From: an uncultured Bacilli bacterium
GTDB lineage: Bacteria > Bacillota_I > Bacilli_A > RF39 > UBA660
Assembly: GCA_944363825.1 (NCBI GenBank)
Contig: CALVVK010000001.1
Coordinates: forward strand, 1-44,452
Length of the DNA: 44,452 nucleotides
Direction: 5' to 3'
Shown here piece after piece: positions 36,592 through 44,452 of this stretch (positions are counted from its first letter, which is position 1; each line of letters begins with the position of its first letter). The position numbers and the translations under genes were made by a program. The notes beneath the pieces were generated by a model. That model saw only the letters and a program-made list of their open reading frames with translations. It was not told the origin of the DNA and did not search any database.

Positions 36592-37507
36592 AATTTTTCC
36601 TCATATTTAAATATAATTCATATAATTGTTTATGTTTTTTAACTATGACTTCTAAAATAATGCCAGTGATCCATAAAAGGATACTAAGTACTAAGAAAAT
36701 TGATGCGACAATTAAAGTTGGGAATCTAGGAACTAAGCCAGTTTGGAAATATTCGATAACTACAGGAATACCAAAAATAAGGGCTAAGGCTAGAAAGATT
36801 AAAGCACAAATACCAAAGAAATAAAATGGTTTATATTCTTTAAATAAAGTGGCAATCATTCTAAGAACTTTAATTCCATCGCTATAAGTATTAAGTTTCG
36901 AAACACTTCCTTTTGGGCGATCACGATATTCAACGGGAACTTCGACTAATTTAAAGTTTTTATCGACAGCATGAATAGTCATTTCGGTTTCGATTTCAAA
37001 GCCTTTAGATAATACGGGAAAACCCTTAACAAATTCTTTACTGAAGGCACGATAACCAGTCATGATATCTTTTACTTTATTTTTGAAAAGAAAATTAATT
37101 AAAAACCGGACGATGCGATTACCAAAGTTATGAAAAGGCCGCTTGTTTTCGGTAAAATAAGTGCTAGATAAACGGTCCCCAATAACCATATCAGCCTTAC
37201 CTTCTAAAACTAAATTACACATTTCTTGGGCATTTTCAGCTGGGTAAGTATCATCGCCATCGATCATTAAATAACAATCAGCATCAATTTCGCGGAACAT
37301 TGTCCGAATAACATTCCCCTTCCCTTGGCGATATTCATATCTAACAATTGCCCCCGCCTTTTTGGCGATTTCAGCTGTACCATCAGTTGAATTATTGTCA
37401 TAAACATAAATATCAGCATTTGGTAAGGCTTTTTTATAATCACTTACTACTTTACCAACAGTTTGGGCTTCATTATAACATGGGATTAAAACTGCTATTT
37501 TTTTCAT
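36581..37507 (-). CDS. Family 2 glycosyltransferase, GtrB/CsbB-like (polyprenyl-phosphate sugar synthase)
   Basis: IAVLIPCYNE...YDNNSTDGT...IDGDDTYP and two C-terminal TM segments. It overlaps the gtrA-like gene by 11 nt. Confidence 0.8.
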   Translation of the reverse strand: MKKIAVLIPCYNEAQTVGKVVSDYKKALPNADIYVYDNNSTDGTAEIAKKAGAIVRYEYRQGKGNVIRTMFREIDADCYLMIDGDDTYPAENAQEMCNLVLEGKADMVIGDRLSSTYFTENKRPFHNFGNRIVRFLINFLFKNKVKDIMTGYRAFSKEFVKGFPVLSKGFEIETEMTIHAVDKNFKLVEVPVEYRDRPKGSVSKLNTYSDGIKVLRMIATLFKEYKPFYFFGICALIFLALALIFGIPVVIEYFQTGLVPRFPTLIVASIFLVLSILLWITGIILEVIVKKHKQLYELYLNMRKNYDK

Positions 37508-37556
37508 TTTTTTACTACTCCTTATTACTTATATTATAACTTATTAAATTTTAAAA

Positions 37557-39362
37557 TCAATCCTTTTTTTCTAAGAAAACACCAATTATAAATGGCATGG
37601 CAAATATAAATGGTAAGGCATATCTAAAATACGTATTGGCGGGTCCCACAACACAGACTAAAATTAGAACGATGACTGGGGCTAAAAAGAGAATGTATTT
37701 ATATAATTTTTTATAAATAGCATAAGTTAGGAAGGCTAAGATTAACCAAACATTAAAACCGATATTAGATATTAGACCAACTACGGGAATGTATGGGAAA
37801 GCAACAGCAACACTTGATAAAATGTTGCGCATTCCACTTAATGAGTTGTAGTGATAATCAAAACCATCTTCGGTAATGCGATCATCAAAATTATAATAAA
37901 CATACCATTTAGTTTTTTCGGGATAAAAGAAGCCATAGACATTGTTCATTGTTGCTTCGATATATGTTCCGGGATGTTTTAAAAGACAATTAAACCAAAC
38001 TTTAAAATAGGCTTTTAAGTCTTCGTCTGTCGCATACTTGTTAAATTCGTTTTTGACATCATCGGCTAGTTCGGGATCGTATCTTTCAGCAAGGGTATCA
38101 ATGCCAAGAATTTTATCAATTGCAGCGATTTCTTCACTATTTAACTCATCACCATGGTATAAAACATATCTGGCGGTTTGTTGAAATGGAACGGATAAAA
38201 CTTCTCTAATACTTCCCGGGGTAATTTTAAAATATGGTAAAATTACTTTATCAAATACGCCATAAAAGCCAAAGACACAAACCATCACAATCAGTAACTG
38301 GCGCCATATTTTACGGGCCACAATAATGGTAAATGGTAAGGATAAAATTAAGACATGAATACCATTATTTCTAAATAAACAAATCAAAATTAAAAGAATA
38401 ATTATAAGTAAATAATGCCACCATTTATACCCTACTCCTTTAGTCTTAATTAAATTATGCAAGAAAATTAAATAAAGGAAGATAAATGCCCCAAATAAAA
38501 CGTCTTTAACGCCACTCATCGCATAAAGCGGAAACATTGGTACTAAGGCATAAATAATGAGGACACCAATTAAATATTTGGTTTTAAGATGCATTTTCTG
38601 CATGTAATAAATACTAAAGGCAAAAACTCCCGCTAGAATGGTAATTTGAATTATACTATAGAAAAATAAACCTAAATTATCGTTACCAATCATTGTCCCT
38701 AGTTTTAGACAACTCCCAAGTAAGACTGTATGAGTTACGGGGTGATGATTAGTCATTACCACGTTTTCGTCTAAAAGAATCGCATAGTCGGCATATTTAG
38801 TCCGAATACCAAAGAATTGTTTTATTTGAAAACTAGGATCTGGTGATAATATAATCGGATAATAAGAAATTATATAAGGTAACCAACAGATAATGATGAA
38901 AACAAAACTAAATAAAAAGGGATGTTTTTTAAAAGTATTAATTAACTTATTAGATTTTTCTTTATTAGAATCCGTAAAATTATTTTTATCTAAATAGCGA
39001 AATAAATAACTAATTAAGACTAAAAATAAATAATAATAACCAATAAACATAACAATGGAAATTAGAAAATAACCAATATTTTTAAATATTAAAGTGGTAC
39101 TACCAACTTGCATAAAACTATTACCAAAAATCATAAAAAAGGCTAATATTAAGCTTAGAACTTTTAAGGATTTTTTCTTTTTTATTATGGAACTTTTTTG
39201 ATAGAATTTAAAAATAAAGTATATTAATAAGACACTACCTAAAATGCCTAATTTAAATAAATTGCGTGTATCCCCTTCATATAAGTTATAAATATTAAAA
39301 CCTAGGGCCATAAAGGTACATAGTACTAATAAATATTGTTTTAATTTTTGCAATATAATCAC
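37557..39362 (-). CDS. Large polytopic membrane protein, putative GT-C-type glycosyltransferase (GtrC/YfhO functional role)
   Basis: 601 aa with more than 12 predicted TM segments and a soluble loop. It is the first gene of the operon that contains the GtrB- and GtrA-like genes. The start is uncertain (GTG at 39362 or a downstream TTG). Confidence 0.6.
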   Translation of the reverse strand: MIILQKLKQYLLVLCTFMALGFNIYNLYEGDTRNLFKLGILGSVLLIYFIFKFYQKSSIIKKKKSLKVLSLILAFFMIFGNSFMQVGSTTLIFKNIGYFLISIVMFIGYYYLFLVLISYLFRYLDKNNFTDSNKEKSNKLINTFKKHPFLFSFVFIIICWLPYIISYYPIILSPDPSFQIKQFFGIRTKYADYAILLDENVVMTNHHPVTHTVLLGSCLKLGTMIGNDNLGLFFYSIIQITILAGVFAFSIYYMQKMHLKTKYLIGVLIIYALVPMFPLYAMSGVKDVLFGAFIFLYLIFLHNLIKTKGVGYKWWHYLLIIILLILICLFRNNGIHVLILSLPFTIIVARKIWRQLLIVMVCVFGFYGVFDKVILPYFKITPGSIREVLSVPFQQTARYVLYHGDELNSEEIAAIDKILGIDTLAERYDPELADDVKNEFNKYATDEDLKAYFKVWFNCLLKHPGTYIEATMNNVYGFFYPEKTKWYVYYNFDDRITEDGFDYHYNSLSGMRNILSSVAVAFPYIPVVGLISNIGFNVWLILAFLTYAIYKKLYKYILFLAPVIVLILVCVVGPANTYFRYALPFIFAMPFIIGVFLEKKD

Positions 39363-39393
39363 GCTCCAAGTAAATTATAGCAAATAAGTAATA

Positions 39394-40155
39394 CTAAAAC
39401 AATATGATGTTTATGACAACTAGGATAATTCCAAGTATTAAACCAAAATAAAGGGCTTTCTTTTCTTTATATTTGAGAGATTCGGGTAGTAGTTCTTGAA
39501 TTGATAAGGTAATCATTAAGCCAGCGACGATGATTAGGATGATACTAATCATCATCTCAGAAATATATTTTTTGAGGAAAACAAAAGCGAGTAACGCCCC
39601 TAGAGGTTCAGCCATACCAGAGATAAAGGCATTGCGAAATGCTAGTTTCTTATTGCCGGTGGAATAATATATGGGAACGGCAATACTAATACCTTCGGGA
39701 ATATTATGAAGCATTATGGCTATGGCCAGTTTAATTCCTAGCGATAGGTCTTGATAACTACTTAAGAATGTGGCAATACCTTCGGGAAGATTATGAAATA
39801 TTAAGACAATCATATTAAGTATTCCTAAACGATATAAGTCTTCTTTTTTAGTTTCCTTTTTGATAAGCATACTCAGAGTTGTTATAATGATATAACTGAT
39901 AATAAAAGCAACGATTAAAAGAATGATTGATTTGGACATTCCATTAACACTTAAATATCTAAAAAATGATTCGGGAATTAAATCAAATATACTGATTCCA
40001 ATCATTATTGCAATAGAAAATGCAAGACAAAATGCAATAAATTTGTTATACTGCCTTTTATCAATTTTGAAAAAAATAGTAGTTGCTCCGATTAGAGTGG
40101 AAAGTCCTGCAATAGTTGAAATTAAGAGGGGAATTAATGTTGCCACTTGCCTCAC
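39394..40155 (-). CDS. zupT: ZIP-family divalent metal (zinc) transporter
   Basis: HNLPEGIA and HNIPEGISIAVP motifs, 8 TM segments, 253 aa. The start may be the GTG at 40146. Confidence 0.8.
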   Translation of the reverse strand: MRQVATLIPLLISTIAGLSTLIGATTIFFKIDKRQYNKFIAFCLAFSIAIMIGISIFDLIPESFFRYLSVNGMSKSIILLIVAFIISYIIITTLSMLIKKETKKEDLYRLGILNMIVLIFHNLPEGIATFLSSYQDLSLGIKLAIAIMLHNIPEGISIAVPIYYSTGNKKLAFRNAFISGMAEPLGALLAFVFLKKYISEMMISIILIIVAGLMITLSIQELLPESLKYKEKKALYFGLILGIILVVINIILF

Positions 40156-40170
40156 CTACTCTAATATATT

Positions 40171-40204
40171 AAAAAAAAGATCAATTTATGTGTAACTGAT
40201 CTTT
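40171..40204 (-). terminator. Rho-independent terminator after pyrG
   Basis: Minus-strand reading: AAAGATCA-13 nt-TGATCTTT followed by T8. Confidence 0.7.
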
Positions 40205-40209
40205 AAAAA

Positions 40210-41814
40210 TTATTTATTAGCAATACTACTTTTAATAAAAGAATCGAATAAAGGATGGGGTTTTGTTGGTCGACTTTTAAATTCGGGATGGAATTGACAA
40301 GCAATAAAGTGCGGATGATTTTTAAGTTCAATTATTTCAACTAAATTGGCATCCGGATTAATGCCTGATGCAATCATACCTTTACTTGTGATGATATCTT
40401 TATAGTTATTGTTAAATTCATAGCGGTGCCGGTGGCGTTCTAATATTTCTGCCGATTGGTAATCTTTATAGGCTAAAGTGTCTTTTTGGATAACACAGCG
40501 ATAATTGCCGAGCCTTAGGGTTCCCCCCTTATTGATGATAGCTTTTTGATCAGCCATTAAATCGATGACTGGATTTGGGCAAAGTTCATTAAATTCCCGA
40601 CTTGATGCTTCCTTAATCCCACAAACATTCCGGGCAAATTCAATGACAGCAATTTGCATACCTAAGCAAATACCTAAATAAGGAATTTTATTTACACGAG
40701 CATATTCCGCGGCTTTAATCATGCCTTCTATTCCCCGCGAACCAAACCCACCGGGAACAATTATGCCTTTCGAATTTTTAAAAACTTCTTTTAAATTACA
40801 ATTTTTATTTTCTAACTCTTCACTATTTACCCATTTGATATTTATTTTCGTATTATATTTGTAGCCGGCGGCTTTTAACGCTTCTTTCACCGAAAGATAG
40901 GCATCTTCTAACTCGACATATTTACCTACTAGAGCAATTTCAATTTCTTGATTTAAAGATTCAACTGTTTTAATTAAGTTTTCCCAATGTTCTAAATTAC
41001 TTTTGGTAATTTTTAAATTAAATTGTTTTAATATTATATCTTCAATATGTTGTTTATGAAAATTAATCGGTATTTGATAGATGTTACTTACGTCTTTGGC
41101 CTCGATTATGTGATCAGCAGGAATACTTCCAAATAAACTGATTTTTTTCTTAACGTTTTCACCTAAATCAATTGGGGCCCGCGTTACAATTATATCGGGT
41201 TGAATACCTAATCTTCTTAGTTCAATAATGCTATTTTGGGTCGGTTTGGTTTTTAATTCATTAGAACCAAAAAGATAGGGAACTAAGGTGGTGTGAACAA
41301 ATAAAGAATTTTCGATGCCAATTTCTAACCTTATTTGGCGAAGAGATTCCATCATTACTGCCGATTCAATATCTCCGACGGTACCACCAATTTCTGTGAT
41401 GACGATATCCGCCCCACTACTCGTTGCGGCTTCATAAATTTTGTTTTTAATTTCGTTAGAAATGTGGGGAACAATTTGAATAGTTGCCCCTAGAAAGTCA
41501 CCGATGCGTTCTTTTTCAATAACACTCGAATAAATTTTGCCGTTGGTAATATTCGATGTGTAATTCAATTCTTCATCGATAAAGCGTTCATAGTGACCTA
41601 AATCTAAGTCAGTTTCACAGCCATCAGCCGTAACAAATACTTCGCCATGCTGAATCGGTGACATTGTCCCCGGATCGACATTCATGTACGGATCGAATTT
41701 TTGCATAAAAACTTTATAACCTTTAGACTTAAGCAAAAGTGCAATACTTGATGCTGTAATTCCTTTGCCTAAACCTGAACAAACACCCCCAGTTACAAAG
41801 ACAAACTTTGCCAT
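40210..41814 (-). CDS. pyrG: CTP synthase
   Basis: MAKFVFVTGGVCSGLGKG and GATase motifs GICLGMQ...HRHRYE. The ATG at 41814 has a GGAGGG RBS. Confidence 0.96.
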   Translation of the reverse strand: MAKFVFVTGGVCSGLGKGITASSIALLLKSKGYKVFMQKFDPYMNVDPGTMSPIQHGEVFVTADGCETDLDLGHYERFIDEELNYTSNITNGKIYSSVIEKERIGDFLGATIQIVPHISNEIKNKIYEAATSSGADIVITEIGGTVGDIESAVMMESLRQIRLEIGIENSLFVHTTLVPYLFGSNELKTKPTQNSIIELRRLGIQPDIIVTRAPIDLGENVKKKISLFGSIPADHIIEAKDVSNIYQIPINFHKQHIEDIILKQFNLKITKSNLEHWENLIKTVESLNQEIEIALVGKYVELEDAYLSVKEALKAAGYKYNTKINIKWVNSEELENKNCNLKEVFKNSKGIIVPGGFGSRGIEGMIKAAEYARVNKIPYLGICLGMQIAVIEFARNVCGIKEASSREFNELCPNPVIDLMADQKAIINKGGTLRLGNYRCVIQKDTLAYKDYQSAEILERHRHRYEFNNNYKDIITSKGMIASGINPDANLVEIIELKNHPHFIACQFHPEFKSRPTKPHPLFDSFIKSSIANK

Positions 41815-41832
41815 ATACTCACCCTCCAAAAT

Positions 41833-41868
41833 AAAAAAAGCCCTCGGAGAACTTCCTAGGCTCTTTTA
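41833..41868 (-). terminator. Imperfect hairpin plus T7 between the amidotransferase gene and pyrG (terminator and/or pyrG leader attenuator)
   Basis: Minus-strand reading: GAGCCTAGG-aagttct-CCGAGGGCT followed by TTTTTTT, 19 nt before the pyrG ATG. Confidence 0.5.
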
Positions 41869-41875
41869 AATTATA

Positions 41876-42499
41876 TCACGAATTTTTAACTTGCTCAATA
41901 AAGTTTTGAAAAATTTTAGCAGCTGCGGCATCATTTAAGTCCTCAGGGTGCCATTGAAAGCCAACAATATAACGATTTTTAGGTAAATGAATGGCTTCAA
42001 TAATATTATCTTCACTCAAAGCATCAATTACAAAATAATCTTCTTTGGCAACTGTAAAATTGTGTCTACTATTAACTTTTATTTTGTCTTGATGAATAAT
42101 ATTTTTTAAAAAATCACTAGTAATTAAAATATCGTGATGATATTCCTCTAAACTATGATGATTTTTGGTTAATATTGGAATAGTTTGGTCACTTTCCGGG
42201 CCACCACAAAAATTATTTAAATTACAGATGGCTTGCATACCAGCACAAATTCCCATTAAGGGAATATCTTCATTTATTGCATATTTAATAATTATTTCAT
42301 CAGTGTTATGCCAAGAATTACCACCAGGAATAATAAAGCCTTGACATTTTTTTAAAATATCGGGTAGATCACTTTCTAAACCTGGTAAAATAATGTAAGG
42401 AAGGCAACCAAGATTGCAAATTTTAGTAATAAGATTAGAACTTACTTTGTAAGAACCATCAACTAATCTCGCGGTTATACCAATAACTGTTTTTTTCAT
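41876..42499 (-). CDS. Class I glutamine amidotransferase-like / peptidase C26 (gamma-glutamyl-GABA hydrolase family)
   Basis: GICAGMQ nucleophile elbow and a FQWHPE-type His/Glu pair. The ATG at 42499 (MKKTVIGIT) has a GGAG RBS. Confidence 0.8.
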   Translation of the reverse strand: MKKTVIGITARLVDGSYKVSSNLITKICNLGCLPYIILPGLESDLPDILKKCQGFIIPGGNSWHNTDEIIIKYAINEDIPLMGICAGMQAICNLNNFCGGPESDQTIPILTKNHHSLEEYHHDILITSDFLKNIIHQDKIKVNSRHNFTVAKEDYFVIDALSEDNIIEAIHLPKNRYIVGFQWHPEDLNDAAAAKIFQNFIEQVKNS

Positions 42500-42584
42500 C
42501 AAAATCACTCCTAAATATTTCCAGTTAATTATATGATTATTTTCTTTATTTTGTATCATAATAATATTGGGAGGTAACAATATA

Positions 42585-42701
42585 ATGAGTAAAGCAAGAA
42601 GTTCTGCTAGAAGTAATGCTAGAAATAACTCTAAGGCTTCTAGTTCAAGTGCTAGAAATAATTCTAAAGCACGTAGTAATGCTCGTAACGAAAATTGTTA
42701 A
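42585..42701 (+). CDS. 38-aa basic Ser/Ala/Arg/Asn repeat peptide (hypothetical, not in the ORF track)
   Basis: MSKARSSARSNARNNSKASSSSARNNSKARSNARNENC. GGGAGG lies 10 nt upstream of the ATG, and there is a possible CATAAT -10. It sits in the only gap between two minus-strand genes. Confidence 0.35.
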   Translation: MSKARSSARSNARNNSKASSSSARNNSKARSNARNENC

Positions 42702-42702
42702 T

Positions 42703-43605
42703 TTATTCAATTCCTTTTTCTTTGTGGGCTCGAGGATGATGTTGATAATCTTCCTCGATTTTTTTATTGCTTAAATGGGAATATATTTCCGTTGTAACTA
42801 AATTTTCATGACCTAAAAGTTCTTGAATTACTCTTAAATCAGCCCCATTATTAAGTAGGTATGTAGCAAATGAATGTCTTAAAACATGGGGTGATACTTC
42901 CTTTTCGATGCCTGATTCTTTAGTTATTTTTTTGAGAATCTTAAAAAACCCTTGGCGACTCATTTTTGCCCCATTTTTATTTAAAAATACATAGTCACTA
43001 TTTTTTGTTTTTAAAATAAAACGACGATATTCATTAATATATAACATTAAATAATTAATTGCGGTATTGCCCATGGGAACAATACGATCCTTTTTTCCTT
43101 TCCCTAAAACCCGAATGATACATTCATCAAAATCAATTTGATTCAATTTTAAATTAATTAGTTCACTAATTCGAATACCAGTAGCATAAAGGACTTCCAG
43201 CATGGCTTTATTCCGATAATCAGTGGGTTTAATTAATTTAATATCGAGTAATTTATCAATTTCGGCACTTGTTAAATATTTGGGTAAGGTCCGTTCTAAT
43301 TTGGGAGTTCTAATTCCCGCACAAGGATTAATTTTAAGTCGTTCGTTAAATATCATATATTTGTAAAATGAATTTAAAACCGTTAGATAATGGGATTTTG
43401 TTTTGGGGGATGCATCCAAATTGTATAAAAAATTCTTGATATCTTGGGTAGTAAATTCTAAAATATTCTTCTTTATTGCGCTACTGATCATTTTTAAATT
43501 TTCCCCATATGACTCTACCGTATTATCAGATAATCTTCGTTCATATTTTAAATATTCTAAATAAAAAATAATATTTTTATCTTCAATGCTTGCAATTACA
43601 TTCAT
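42703..43605 (-). CDS. Tyrosine recombinase, XerC/XerD family
   Basis: N-terminal SAM-like domain (YLKYERRLSDNTVESY). Catalytic residues lie in ...ATGIRISEL...HVLRHSFATYLLNNGADLRVIQELLGHENLVTTEIYSH. Confidence 0.88.
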   Translation of the reverse strand: MNVIASIEDKNIIFYLEYLKYERRLSDNTVESYGENLKMISSAIKKNILEFTTQDIKNFLYNLDASPKTKSHYLTVLNSFYKYMIFNERLKINPCAGIRTPKLERTLPKYLTSAEIDKLLDIKLIKPTDYRNKAMLEVLYATGIRISELINLKLNQIDFDECIIRVLGKGKKDRIVPMGNTAINYLMLYINEYRRFILKTKNSDYVFLNKNGAKMSRQGFFKILKKITKESGIEKEVSPHVLRHSFATYLLNNGADLRVIQELLGHENLVTTEIYSHLSNKKIEEDYQHHPRAHKEKGIE

Positions 43606-43671
43606 AAATACTCCCTAAAACTATTATATCGCTTTTTTTAAAATCATGCTATAATTAAATTGTGATTAATT

Positions 43672-44452
43672 ATGGAAATATTAGCAGATAAAATTCGTCC
43701 CCAGAAATTAGCTGAGGTGATTGGCCAACAACATTTAATTGGCGAAAATAAAATATTGACTAATTTAGTGACTAATAAAAAGTTATTTTCACTAATCTTG
43801 TATGGTAAACCGGGGATTGGGAAGACAAGTGTTGCTTATGCATTAGTTAATGAATTAAATATGCGGTATAAATTTATGAATGCGACGATTAATAATAAAA
43901 GTGATTTTGATATGGCGATTAATGAAGCAAAGATGCATGGCGAATTAGTTTTAATTATTGATGAGATTCATCGAATGAATAAAGATAAACAAGATTTACT
44001 TCTACCCTATATTGAAAATGGCACAATTATTTTAATTGGTCTTACAACTAGTAATCCGTATCATAAAATTAATCCGGCGATTCGGAGTCGAACGCAAATT
44101 TTTGAGTTACGGGAATTAGATAGTAAAGATATTGAAAAAGGTTTAATTAGAGCGGCGTCGTTTTTAGAAAATTGTCAGATTGATGCCGATGCTTTAAGTT
44201 ATATTGCCTTTCTTTCTAGTGGCGATTTACGAGCAGCAATCAATTTGCTGGAAGTGGCATATTACTCGGCGAGTGATGGCAAGATAACTGTCGATGTTAT
44301 TAAAAATATCAATTCTAAACCGGTATTTTTCCATGATAAAGATGAGGATGGACATTATGATGTTTTAAGTGCTTTTCAAAAATCAATTCGCGGTAGTGAT
44401 GTTGATGCTACTTTGCATTATTTGGCTAGATTAATTGAAGCGGAAGATTTAG
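43672..44452 (+). CDS. rarA: Replication-associated recombination protein A (AAA+ ATPase RarA/MgsA), 3'-truncated by the window edge
   Basis: MEILADKIRPQKLAEVIGQQHLIG...LILYGKPGIGKTS...IIDEIHRMNK...RSR. The frame is open to the end of the window. Confidence 0.88.
   Translation, partial: MEILADKIRPQKLAEVIGQQHLIGENKILTNLVTNKKLFSLILYGKPGIGKTSVAYALVNELNMRYKFMNATINNKSDFDMAINEAKMHGELVLIIDEIHRMNKDKQDLLLPYIENGTIILIGLTTSNPYHKINPAIRSRTQIFELRELDSKDIEKGLIRAASFLENCQIDADALSYIAFLSSGDLRAAINLLEVAYYSASDGKITVDVIKNINSKPVFFHDKDEDGHYDVLSAFQKSIRGSDVDATLHYLARLIEAEDL

Noticed and set aside
41851-41878. ACTTCCTAG, identical to the first 9 nt of the B. subtilis dif XerC arm
   Set aside because: The following sequence (GCTCTTTTAAATTATATCA) lacks the TATATA core and the TTATGT XerD arm. 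The match is part of the pyrG-upstream hairpin.
1-44452. Mycoplasma-type genetic code (TGA = Trp), considered because of the very low G+C
   Set aside because: obg, dnaG, rpoD and other well-aligned genes terminate at TGA at the expected length. Trp positions use TGG.

Overview
This is an AT-rich chromosomal segment, visibly about 30% G+C. It uses the standard genetic code: obg, dnaG and rpoD end in TGA and Trp is TGG. The gene content points to a low-GC Bacillota bacterium (Erysipelotrichia/Mollicutes-like). Most of the window is housekeeping: trmB, obg, ruvA, ppdK, comEA-comEC-holA, rnhC, trxA, uvrC, dnaG-rpoD-trmK, mnmA, pyrG and rarA. Scattered type IV pilus/competence genes are present (a pilin, then PilC and the prepilin peptidase). 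There is an AbiEi/AbiEii toxin-antitoxin pair, and two glycosylation modules including a GtrA/GtrB/polytopic-membrane-protein operon.

The most unusual signal is in two paralogous Fn3-repeat surface proteins (1..1323, 5'-truncated, and 26199..27866). Their C-terminal lectin-like domains each carry a sharply bounded GC-rich block made of NNC/NNT codons and ending in an adenine-free GC stretch. This is the look of variable regions of a diversity-generating retroelement (DGR). No template repeat or reverse transcriptase lies in the window.

The second main signal is the 565-nt AT-rich gap at 35619..36183. It sits where gene orientation flips from + to - and contains a 28-bp sequence closely matching Firmicute dif sites. 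A Xer recombinase gene lies 7 kb away, so this is probably the replication terminus.

Smaller oddities:
- a consensus-promoter/terminator cassette for a ~70-nt RNA, bracketed by 30-nt direct repeats
- a 4x TTGAACGA array
- a frameshifted ATPase/wHTH gene remnant
- two copies of a CTAG-centred 13-14-bp-arm palindrome
- an orphan degenerate RnfC/RnfD-like pair
- a 38-codon Ser/Ala/Arg/Asn repeat ORF

All family assignments come from motif recognition by eye. No database search was run.
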